From a virus, in IMG/VR virus record IMGVR_UViG_3300049432_000156, positions 13,366 to 77,365 of that record: a DNA stretch of 64,000 nucleotides. One strand, written 5' to 3'. How positions within the stretch are numbered: position 1 is the stretch's first letter; each line of letters begins with the position of its first letter. The position numbers were made by a program, and so were the translations under genes. Under the pieces are notes generated by a model. That model saw only the letters and a program-made list of their open reading frames with translations. It searched no databases and had not been told where the DNA came from. Shown here piece after piece: positions 1 through 7,728 of the stretch.

Positions 1-58
1 CGCGAGCAACGGCACGACTGAAACGACAATCCCGGTTGGCTCCAGTGAGTTGTTAGAG
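1..58 (-). repeat. attC-like site 0 (truncated by window edge)
   Basis: Minus strand CTCTAAC (R'', 58-52), 5-nt spacer, then ACTGGAGCCAACCGGGA arm resembling the arm of site 2. Confidence 0.7.
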
Positions 59-244
59 GCGCTTCGGCGATGGCGCTACTTTGAAAAGAGACACGCAGCA
101 GTGGTGCTTGGTGAAATCGACATCGACGCACAGCAGGCGAAAGAAGTATCTGACCGTGCGTTGCATCAACTGCGGATTGTGGCGGATAGGGCAATCACGC
201 AAGCCTCTAACGACAAGCTCACCGACCGCCCACCGCGACAATGA
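2..244 (+). CDS. Cassette ORF, 5'-truncated hypothetical protein
   Basis: Frame open from window start; stop overlaps next ATG (ATGA) inside attC site 1. Confidence 0.6.
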   Translation, partial: ASNGTTETTIPVGSSELLEALRRWRYFEKRHAAVVLGEIDIDAQQAKEVSDRALHQLRIVADRAITQASNDKLTDRPPRQ

Positions 245-307
245 AAAACACTGACTCCAAGTCCAACCCGAAAGCGAATGGCGGTTCGGTGCAGCGCATG
301 GTTGGGC
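205..307 (-). repeat. attC integron recombination site 1
   Basis: Minus strand GCCCAAC-CATGC-GCT(G)CACCGA(A)CCGCC...GGCGGTCGGTGAGC-TTGTC-GTTAGAG: R''/L''/L'/R' boxes with two extrahelical bases. Confidence 0.85.
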
Positions 308-456
308 TGCGACGGTGCTCTTGCGGTCTCCGTCCAAAACTCACGCGATGGGAGGGCGGCGTAGAAATCGAATGCAGACTTGGCATGGACGAAGGATGCG
401 GAGACTACATTAATGAAGCGACTGAGGCTCAAGCCCGAGCCGCATGGAACCAGTAA
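241..456 (+). CDS. Lar-like (restriction alleviation) small Cys-containing protein in gene cassette
   Basis: LRRCSCG...C...C...EAQARAAWN pattern resembles the Lar family (LxPCPFCG...EAIxAWN). Confidence 0.6.
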   Translation: MKNTDSKSNPKANGGSVQRMVGLRRCSCGLRPKLTRWEGGVEIECRLGMDEGCGDYINEATEAQARAAWNQ

Positions 457-460
457 GTGA

Positions 461-547
461 GCCCAACGACAAAGCTCAGCGACCGGGACGCTGAGTAAAG
501 TATTAACCCCGCGGCGAATCCCGGTTCGCTGCAGCGATTGGTTAGGT
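461..547 (-). repeat. attC integron recombination site 2
   Basis: Minus strand ACCTAAC-CAATC-GCT(G)CAGCGA(A)CCGGGA...TCCCGGTCGCTGAGC-TTTGTC-GTTGGGC. Confidence 0.85.
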
Positions 548-567
548 AAAAGTAACCCAAAACCACA

Positions 568-783
568 ATGAAAAAAACGACCATAACTCAGGCCCAAGAG
601 GACGCCGTATATGCAATCGGCACCAAATCTCGCGTCAACCTGCACGAAATCCACCCGCGCGTTGCTCGTGCTTTGATAAAAAAAAGACTGATCGAAAAAC
701 AATGGAACTCGAACGATGCAAGCGGAGAAAAGCTGAAGCTGACGGACAATGGCAGATCGGCGTTCAAACAGCTTTTTACCTAA
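568..783 (+). CDS. Cassette ORF, small basic winged-helix-like protein
   Basis: 71 aa ending ...LKLTDNGRSAF; stop TAA supplied by the recombination core CCTAAC. Confidence 0.6.
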   Translation: MKKTTITQAQEDAVYAIGTKSRVNLHEIHPRVARALIKKRLIEKQWNSNDASGEKLKLTDNGRSAFKQLFT

Positions 784-796
784 CAGTACTTTAGAC
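778..796 (-). other. attI-like simple site heading the cassette array
   Basis: Minus strand GTCTAAA-GTACT-GTTAGGT; same L box/5-nt/GTT core layout as attI1 (CCCTAAA-ACAAA-GTTRRRY). Confidence 0.55.
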
Positions 797-818
797 GACT
801 CTTGAAAGGTAACGTTAA

Positions 819-1112
819 ATGACTCGCAAGCACTCAGCCAACGCACTGGCGGCAAAACAACGCAATCGGTTGGCCTCACCACCACCTGATTACTTCGACG
901 CGCCGGATTACTCCAAGCCCGTGCGCGAGATCGTTTACCGCGACCTGCTGAGCGGCGAGACGCACATATTCCTGTTGTTCATCCATCCGCGCCGGGTCGA
1001 TCAATTTGTTTGCCTCATCGACGGCAAGCCGTGGCTGGCCCAAGCCGGTTGGAGCCGCGTTTTAGCTGGACTCCGCAAGGCTGTGCCACGCTTCTCACAA
1101 CGACCTCAATGA
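819..1112 (+). CDS. Hypothetical phage protein
   Basis: 97 aa, ATGA-coupled to next gene. Confidence 0.7.
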   Translation: MTRKHSANALAAKQRNRLASPPPDYFDAPDYSKPVREIVYRDLLSGETHIFLLFIHPRRVDQFVCLIDGKPWLAQAGWSRVLAGLRKAVPRFSQRPQ

Positions 1113-1366
1113 ACGACGCTCTGTTCAGACCGTCCTCGATGCTCCGCCGGTCAAAGTGTCCGGGGAGCTTGGCGCTTGAATCCACGTTGCCGGAGAGCGT
1201 GGATGACGAGAGCGACGAATACCGAGCAGAAGGTCGCCTGCTACACGCGCTCATTGCAGACCCGTCTCTGCCGAGAGATGAACTAAAGCCGAGCCAGATG
1301 GATTTAATCGAAACCATCGAGAAGGAGGAACGGAATTTTCTCGAATCTAATCTATTCACCGTCTGA
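1109..1366 (+). CDS. N-terminal part of DUF2800/Cas4-like nuclease
   Basis: RPSSMLRRSKCPGS...AEGRLLH, typical N-terminus of phage Cas4-like exonucleases. Confidence 0.7.
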   Translation: MNDALFRPSSMLRRSKCPGSLALESTLPESVDDESDEYRAEGRLLHALIADPSLPRDELKPSQMDLIETIEKEERNFLESNLFTV

Positions 1367-2253
1367 TGAAAGATTACATCGAACTGGTGGAGGAAGCGTT
1401 CTCATTCAGTTGGGATGGCAAGGTGTTGTTCACCGGGCATCCAGACAGTGTGCTTGTGTTCCGCCTTGGTAATCCAGTCATCGTGCGTGAACGGAAGATG
1501 GGGTTCAAAGTGGTCCAAGCTGCTGACGCAAACCTACAGCTTCGTGCGTATATCGCGATGGTATCCGAAAAATATCAAGCGAGCGATTACTACGGCCAGC
1601 TCACCCAGCCGAGAGTTTCATCGAAGTCACACATTGTTTATTATACGCGAGAGGATGTCGCCAAAGCCCGCCTTGAAATAAAGGCTTTATGGGACGCAAG
1701 CCACGCGCCAGATGCGCCGCGCCGGGCATCGCACGACGCCTGCAACTTCTGCCGGGCGCAGACCGTGTGCCCCGAATTTCAGTCTTGGCTCGGTGCCATC
1801 GAGAAATCAAAGCACCTGCCGGTCGCTCAATGGACGGACGGCCAGATGAGTCTGTTTGAGGAACGGCGTGGAATGTTGGAGAAATTCCTCAAGGAGACCC
1901 ACAAGCAGATCTTCGCGATTAAACAGGCTGACCCGGAGAGATTGCCGGGGTGGAGTATAAAGCCCGGAGCTAACGTCCGAAGAGTCAACGACCTTGTCGC
2001 CGCCTGGTCGGCATTGCAGAGTTTGCTGTCCGACGGTTTTGGCAACGAAGCCGCGAAGCAATTCAGCAATTGCTGTGACATCTCAATCGGGGCATTGGAA
2101 GATTTGATTTACAACATGCTCAAGGATGCGGCAAAAAAAAAGAGCCAGAAAGAAGTCAAACGACTGGTCAACGATGCCCTGTCCGGGCTAATTGAACTGC
2201 GACAGAACAAGCCATCATTGGTCAAAGATGAGCGAACAGCACCAAACCGTTAA
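1366..2253 (+). CDS. PD-(D/E)xK Cas4-like (DUF2800-type) nuclease, C-terminal part
   Basis: GHPD...ERKMG, NLQLRAY, CNFCRAQTVCP motifs. Confidence 0.75.
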   Translation: MKDYIELVEEAFSFSWDGKVLFTGHPDSVLVFRLGNPVIVRERKMGFKVVQAADANLQLRAYIAMVSEKYQASDYYGQLTQPRVSSKSHIVYYTREDVAKARLEIKALWDASHAPDAPRRASHDACNFCRAQTVCPEFQSWLGAIEKSKHLPVAQWTDGQMSLFEERRGMLEKFLKETHKQIFAIKQADPERLPGWSIKPGANVRRVNDLVAAWSALQSLLSDGFGNEAAKQFSNCCDISIGALEDLIYNMLKDAAKKKSQKEVKRLVNDALSGLIELRQNKPSLVKDERTAPNR

Positions 2254-2407
2254 AGTCGGTCAGCGTGTTAAAATAGGAAGTCACGTCGGCACCGTTACCG
2301 GCAAGACCGGCGAGTGGTATCACATAGATTGGGATGATTGGAAACAGCACTGCTGCAACTACTATGGAGCGTGGGAATTTGAGGCTGCGTCGGTAAAAGA
2401 TGAATAG
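2228..2407 (+). CDS. Small SH3/KOW-like protein
   Basis: VKVGQRVKIGSHVGTVTG...IDWD. Confidence 0.5.
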   Translation: MSEQHQTVKVGQRVKIGSHVGTVTGKTGEWYHIDWDDWKQHCCNYYGAWEFEAASVKDE

Positions 2408-2410
2408 CCC

Positions 2411-2761
2411 ATGAGCTTGGTTAAAAAGCTAGATGCCATCCCGCCCTGCCTCGTGCGTTTGATCGCCAGAGACCCACGGCATCCAGGCCGCCGGCTGCCG
2501 CTCTTGGCCATTGCCGAACGCGCCGGCTTGTCCTATGGAGCCACGAGGCGCCTGTCGCTGAAACGCTCGTGGGGCAATGTCACACCAAGGATCATTGATT
2601 CCTTCTGTAGCGCGTGCGGCGTCGACATTCTGCATCCGAAAAGCTCCGTTGATTATCTCAAAAGAACTCTGAGGAAACCAAACGGCTACAAACTGCTGGC
2701 CAACAAATCCGGTTCTGGATCGGCCGAGTCGGTGCTAAGATTATTGCAGACACTCCAATGA
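2411..2761 (+). CDS. HTH DNA-binding protein (XRE-like)
   Basis: LAIAERAGLSYGATRRL helix-turn-helix; coupled to recombinase. Confidence 0.6.
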   Translation: MSLVKKLDAIPPCLVRLIARDPRHPGRRLPLLAIAERAGLSYGATRRLSLKRSWGNVTPRIIDSFCSACGVDILHPKSSVDYLKRTLRKPNGYKLLANKSGSGSAESVLRLLQTLQ

Positions 2762-3738
2762 ATGACGAAAACAAAGCCCTGGAACAGAACCCCGTCCTCA
2801 AGCCGACGGTTGCCATATGGGTCGAGGAGTACAAGGCGCAGAATTTTCCAAGATTCGCGCAGAACACTCGAACCTTAGTGAACACTGAACTTGTCCGGTT
2901 TGCGCTATTCCTTGGACGCCGAGCAATCTCCGGGAACATCCTGCACGAGTACATGGCCGAACAACGTCGCAGGGTTGCAGGCGAATCGCTGATCAGGGCG
3001 ATGCGATGGACTGGCGCATTCCTGAAGTGGGCCGAGGAAATGGGCTACCTGGACAGGCGCTACTCGTCGCTGTCGATCTTCAAATGCAGTGCGGTCCTGG
3101 TCATTCACAAACCGCCGCAGCGCTTCACGCCCGAACAGTACGAAGCGATGAAGGAAGCGACCAAGGGCACCGGATGGCACTATGCCACGATCATGGCGTA
3201 TCGCACCGGCGCACGGTTGAGCGATGCGTGTCTGCTGAAATGGGAGAGCGTAAACCTGGAAGAGCTTTACATTCATTACCTGCCGTGGAAAACCAGGAAG
3301 TCGCAGCGGTATGCGACCTGCCCCTTTCAGGCTGGTGGGGATTTCCACAATGTACTCATTGAGCTAAACGCATCACGGGACAAGCGCCCGCACTGGGACC
3401 AGTTCGTCTGCCCGGAACTCGCGATGAGATACGCGACGCAATCAGACGTGTTCCAGAGCTATGAGCTGAGTCGTCAGTTCGGAGGCTACTGCAAAAAAAT
3501 CGGCGCTGCGCACCTGAGCTTCCATAAACTGCGTAACACGTTCATGGCGAAATGCGTTGACGGCTCAATCCCGTTCGCACAGGCGCGTCAGATTACGGGG
3601 CTTGGTAGCGACAGCGTGTTCATGCGATATGCGAAACCGAATCTGGATGTTCTCAGAGTCGCAATCGACAAAATTGATTCGCAAGACTTGCCTAAAGGAA
3701 CGTCGATTATTCAGTTGCCGCAAAATTCGGCAGCTTGA
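2758..3738 (+). CDS. Tyrosine recombinase/integrase family protein
   Basis: TGARLSD (R), WKT (K), FHKLRNT (HxxR), MRY (Y); no IntI-specific insertion. Confidence 0.85.
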   Translation: MNDENKALEQNPVLKPTVAIWVEEYKAQNFPRFAQNTRTLVNTELVRFALFLGRRAISGNILHEYMAEQRRRVAGESLIRAMRWTGAFLKWAEEMGYLDRRYSSLSIFKCSAVLVIHKPPQRFTPEQYEAMKEATKGTGWHYATIMAYRTGARLSDACLLKWESVNLEELYIHYLPWKTRKSQRYATCPFQAGGDFHNVLIELNASRDKRPHWDQFVCPELAMRYATQSDVFQSYELSRQFGGYCKKIGAAHLSFHKLRNTFMAKCVDGSIPFAQARQITGLGSDSVFMRYAKPNLDVLRVAIDKIDSQDLPKGTSIIQLPQNSAA

Positions 3739-4439
3739 GTCCAGCGAGCGAGCGCAATGTCAGGCCAATTGGAACTCTTACCAGCCGCATGAACGCCCCA
3801 AACGTCAAAGACGCTATCCAATTTTTGAACGGTCCCAAGCGCGGACTGCTCGGCCAAATCGTCTCCGTTGATGGCGACAGGGCGAAAGTCCTATCCCGCG
3901 ATATGGACGGTACACCGCACTTCTTCGAGCTTTCCGATGCTGACGAATTCGCTTTCGTCGGCGTAGCCGCGCTCGGTCCAAAGCAGAATGCGGCGGCAGA
4001 GACGGAACAAAAACCCTCTCTTCCGCCCCCGCTCAATCCGCAGGAACTCTTGGAGCCGCTTCCTCCGGAAGTGAAGGTCCAACCGTTGAACGCGCAGCCA
4101 GAGGAGGAAGCGCCGCTGATGCCGAAGCTCAAGCCGCTCCACAAGCCCGGTCATCGCCGCATCAAACCGACTCGCGCCAATCCAACGCCCGCACCGCGGC
4201 CAGAGGTTCAGAGGCGGCAATTCATCGCGACCGTGAGGAACGCTCTCGGGCAAGAAACCACGGTGGAGATTGCCGTCCGCCTGGATGATAATCCGAATCG
4301 GCACAACAACGTCGCGATTATGAAAGCCATCCGCACCAAGGCGATTCAGCGTGCAAAGCCGTTTCTAGTCCTGGGTTGGAAACTGAAGGAACCCCCTCTT
4401 GTCGCACACCAAACGGGGAGCGCCGGCCTCGAAAGCTGA
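3735..4439 (+). CDS. Hypothetical protein (KOW-like N-terminus, Pro-rich linker)
   Basis: DAIQFLNGPKRGLLGQIVSVDG; start uncertain. Confidence 0.6.
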   Translation: MSPASERNVRPIGTLTSRMNAPNVKDAIQFLNGPKRGLLGQIVSVDGDRAKVLSRDMDGTPHFFELSDADEFAFVGVAALGPKQNAAAETEQKPSLPPPLNPQELLEPLPPEVKVQPLNAQPEEEAPLMPKLKPLHKPGHRRIKPTRANPTPAPRPEVQRRQFIATVRNALGQETTVEIAVRLDDNPNRHNNVAIMKAIRTKAIQRAKPFLVLGWKLKEPPLVAHQTGSAGLES

Positions 4440-4564
4440 GATTGCGCGGAGCGGCGACAATGACGTTGGTGCGCTCCAAATCACAGCGACCGGCGCAGAA
4501 AGATTTATGAATAGCGGCGCTCGTCACGATATTCCAAAGAATAAAATGGAAAGGCAATTGCAAA

Positions 4565-5356
4565 ATGCTTAAATGCGGAATAGTTACGTACGTTCCACCA
4601 GTCGGCAAATTGCACTCTGAAGCCTATGTTGCCAACCTGTTGAAGTTTCCGCCGAAGCATCCGCTTTTCCTCATCTCAGATGACGCCGGGCACAACCCGT
4701 CTCGATTGATTAAAAACCCAGAGTTGATTGGGCGAAGGCCACCACACGCGTTGAACAACTACCTTTGGTTTTCTGCATTGCAACTGGCCAAGGATGTCGG
4801 CCTCGACTTCGGGATTTACATGGAGTCCGACTCCCGCGTTGGGCGCAAGGATTGGGACACCTACATGTTCGAAGAATTCTTTGGGCGGTATCCAAGCGGT
4901 CTCGCCTGCGCTGGCACGCCGGTTGCGTGGGATATTTGCAGTGGCGGTGGCGAGCTCGCCAAAAATGTGATTGAGCAAGCGTGGCAGTACCAGCAGTTGT
5001 CCGGACTCCCGGCCTCTTTTTATAGCAGCAAACATCCATACGACAATTCAGGCGCCTGCTACTATCCAAACGGTTCATTGATGATCTTCGAGACCGCTGC
5101 GATGTTGAAAATCTTCGATGGATTCTTGATCGATATAGCCGCCTATTCAAAGCACCTGACAGCATTCGATATGGCCATCGGCAAGTTCCTGTGGAATTAT
5201 CACGGGCCAAAGGCAATCCAGCACGTAGGCTGGCTGGCTTGTTCGTACTCGGCATTCGGCGATGCCGTGACCACACCGCAACAGCGCATTGCGATGCTTA
5301 CCAGTGGTTCCAAAGTCGCGATCCACCAATGGAAAATGGACGGACCTGAGCTATGA
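4565..5356 (+). CDS. Glycosyltransferase-like protein
   Basis: GT-A-like pattern YMESDSRV, YYPNGS, AIHQWK; in glycan cluster. Confidence 0.55.
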   Translation: MLKCGIVTYVPPVGKLHSEAYVANLLKFPPKHPLFLISDDAGHNPSRLIKNPELIGRRPPHALNNYLWFSALQLAKDVGLDFGIYMESDSRVGRKDWDTYMFEEFFGRYPSGLACAGTPVAWDICSGGGELAKNVIEQAWQYQQLSGLPASFYSSKHPYDNSGACYYPNGSLMIFETAAMLKIFDGFLIDIAAYSKHLTAFDMAIGKFLWNYHGPKAIQHVGWLACSYSAFGDAVTTPQQRIAMLTSGSKVAIHQWKMDGPEL

Positions 5357-6084
5357 TTGTTGATGCATTTCTGCGTTCGTATGCAGGGGATGTACAATGG
5401 GTCCCGTGGGCGCTCCGCAGCCTCGACAAGTTTGTCACCGGAATTCGGGACATCGTAGTCGTGGTCCCGGCAAACGACTACACCGCATTCAAGAGCCTGA
5501 ATCTGACCAAGGAGATTATTTGTTCGTCGCGGTTGGAGCCGTTCAAGGACGATTACTGCGGCCAACAGGCAGACAAACTAATCGCCCATCTCTACACCGA
5601 TGCCGAGCACATCCTTTATTGGGATTCGGACGTGCTCGCAATTCGCCCGTTCTGTCCAAAAGACTTGATGATTGAAGGGAAACCACGCTGCCTTGAGACG
5701 CCATTCGAGAAATTGGTGAACGCAGATGGTAGCCCGGCGGTCCCCTGGAAACCCATTGTTGAGCGCGCTTTGGGGCATCCGGTTTCCAAAGAACGAATGA
5801 GAGCGCACCCTTTTTTGGTGAATCGAATGGCGCTCATCGGCCTGCGCGATTACATGCAGAAGCTTCATCACGTCCCGCTGGTGGATTACATCGCAGCGCA
5901 GCCGAACGGGGAATTTTCGGAGTGGAATGTACTTCATAGTTGGGCGGCGGATCACGCTCCGGACCTGTTCACGTTTTGGGATACGGAGAAACAAGGCGTG
6001 CCAGAACCGTTCGTGCGCCAATTTTGGAGCTGGTCGGGTGTGACCCTGGAGATTCGCGCGGAGATGGAGAAATTGATCGCATGA
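5353..6084 (+). CDS. Glycosyltransferase-like protein (DUF6492-like)
   Basis: LRSLDKFV, YCGQQADKL, DxD motif YWDSD, FSEWN. Confidence 0.7.
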   Translation: MIVDAFLRSYAGDVQWVPWALRSLDKFVTGIRDIVVVVPANDYTAFKSLNLTKEIICSSRLEPFKDDYCGQQADKLIAHLYTDAEHILYWDSDVLAIRPFCPKDLMIEGKPRCLETPFEKLVNADGSPAVPWKPIVERALGHPVSKERMRAHPFLVNRMALIGLRDYMQKLHHVPLVDYIAAQPNGEFSEWNVLHSWAADHAPDLFTFWDTEKQGVPEPFVRQFWSWSGVTLEIRAEMEKLIA

Positions 6085-6296
6085 AGAAACAGTTCATCGT
6101 TGTCGGCATTTGCGCGTCGTGTTTGATCTCTTGCCACAAAGAGCTTCAGCAAGGCGGGGTAACGAAGAATGGGGAGTTCAAGATCGTCATCATAGATGGT
6201 TGCCAGTACATCCTGATGGCAACTTCCGATCCCAACGTTGTTACCCACAAAGGCGATTGCACGAATCGGATTCACATTTACCGGGTGGAACAATGA
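6081..6296 (+). CDS. Small lipoprotein-like phage protein
   Basis: Signal MKKQFIVVGICASCLISC; IDGCQYI...THKGDCTNRIH. Confidence 0.65.
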   Translation: MKKQFIVVGICASCLISCHKELQQGGVTKNGEFKIVIIDGCQYILMATSDPNVVTHKGDCTNRIHIYRVEQ

Positions 6297-6496
6297 AAAT
6301 GCAAGAATTGGTTGATAGGCTTCTCGAGTTATCTCCAAATCATAACGCGGAGGTCTGGATGCAATGTCCTTCGTTCGGACCTAACTCCTCCATGTTTCAG
6401 GAGATCGAAACCGTGGAGATAAATAATTCGGGAACAATTATTCTCAACGCGCCAGGACTATCGTTGCCTCATAGTGTGGCAGGAACACGAGCATGA
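6293..6496 (+). CDS. Hypothetical protein
   Basis: MKMQELVDRLLEL...NAEV; ATGA coupling. Confidence 0.6.
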   Translation: MKMQELVDRLLELSPNHNAEVWMQCPSFGPNSSMFQEIETVEINNSGTIILNAPGLSLPHSVAGTRA

Positions 6497-6735
6497 ACTT
6501 GGAACAATGGCTTATTGGACGCCCGGACATTGTTCAGAGCATGGCCCGGCGCTATCCTCCCGGCACGAAGTTCCGTATCCACGACAAAGTTGTTTGGGTT
6601 GTCTCATTCAGAGAGGACGGAAGCCTGATGGTATCTGAAACGAATCCAGCGGAAGATTACGACAAATCTGTTGCCACGCGACAGCCTGTCTGCAACTGCT
6701 GCGTAGCAAATCTGGATGCGGTGCGAATATCATAA
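6493..6735 (+). CDS. Hypothetical protein
   Basis: 80 aa, coupled ORF. Confidence 0.6.
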   Translation: MNLEQWLIGRPDIVQSMARRYPPGTKFRIHDKVVWVVSFREDGSLMVSETNPAEDYDKSVATRQPVCNCCVANLDAVRIS

Positions 6736-6736
6736 C

Positions 6737-7063
6737 ATGAATCACATTTACGTAACGCCGATGCCATTCGTGGCATTTGGGAAAACGCTGTGGTCCCTGG
6801 AAGTGCGCGCTCATACATGCGCGGTATTTGACCGCGGCAATGTCATCCAGCCGGATCATCCATTTCAAATCAGCTATCTCGACCATAATGGAGACAACAC
6901 CATTCGTCAGGGTTCTGTACGGACACACGGCTGGAAATCCGCAGATGACGCCAGACAATTCGCTGTGACAAAACAAAAAGAACTTCTTGAGCGCATCGCC
7001 AAAGGCGAACACGTCAACACGAACGTCAGCATCCTGGCCAATCCAGCGGTAATTATCCAATGA
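6737..7063 (+). CDS. Hypothetical protein
   Basis: Fills operon gap, coupled to FkbM gene. Confidence 0.55.
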   Translation: MNHIYVTPMPFVAFGKTLWSLEVRAHTCAVFDRGNVIQPDHPFQISYLDHNGDNTIRQGSVRTHGWKSADDARQFAVTKQKELLERIAKGEHVNTNVSILANPAVIIQ

Positions 7064-7728
7064 TCCGACAAACCAAAGAAGGCTGGTGGATCATCGAAGG
7101 TGACACCTGCATCTCCAAATGGATTGAGGACACGGGGAACCTGGATGCCGACGTTAACACCATACCGTTCATCTGCAAATTGATCGGCGAAGGCGCAGTC
7201 GTGGTTGACGGAGGCGCTTATGTGGGAGACCACACCTTTGGCTATCTCAGGGCTGCCGGAAAAACCGGTAGCGTTTATTCATTCGAGCCAGAGCCGGAAG
7301 CATACCGTTGCCTTGTCCGCAACTGTCCCGACGCATTTACTTACCAACTTGCGCTCGGCGACAGCTACGGACCTTCGACCATGCGAATCGTATATAATAA
7401 CCCAGGAGCCAGTTGGCTTGAAAAGTCCGGCCTTCGTCCTCTGTTCGTCATTCCATTGGACGCAATGGAACTGCCGAGCTTGTCACTGCTCAAACTGGAC
7501 CTGGAAGGTTACGAATTGCGCGCGCTCAAAGGCGCTGCCGAAACGATCAAACGATGCCGGCCAATCATCGTCATCGAAATTTATGAAGCGGCTTTGGAGC
7601 GCCAGGTAGCGAAGCCGCAGGACATATTCACTTTCCTCGACCAGATGGGTTATCAGTACCGAAACCTTCATGTGGCTAACCCTTGTGAGGGCGTTGTGTT
7701 CGATATTGTGTGCACTTTCGGCGCATGA
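7060..7728 (+). CDS. FkbM-family SAM-dependent methyltransferase
   Basis: VDGGAYVGDH, SFEP, LKLDLEGYELRALKGA, PIIVIE. Confidence 0.9.
   Translation: MIRQTKEGWWIIEGDTCISKWIEDTGNLDADVNTIPFICKLIGEGAVVVDGGAYVGDHTFGYLRAAGKTGSVYSFEPEPEAYRCLVRNCPDAFTYQLALGDSYGPSTMRIVYNNPGASWLEKSGLRPLFVIPLDAMELPSLSLLKLDLEGYELRALKGAAETIKRCRPIIVIEIYEAALERQVAKPQDIFTFLDQMGYQYRNLHVANPCEGVVFDIVCTFGA

Noticed and set aside
205-547. Possible CRISPR array (repeats near a Cas4-like gene)
   Set aside because: Repeats are long, imperfect and palindromic with attC boxes; spacing is gene-sized; no cas1/cas2
166-885. 239-aa minus-strand ORF across the cassette array
   Set aside because: Runs through two attC sites (PNHALHRT-type attC translation); the + ORFs have better protein-like features
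2758-3738. Calling the recombinase intI
   Set aside because: Lacks the IntI-specific insertion and is separated from the attI-like site by five ORFs
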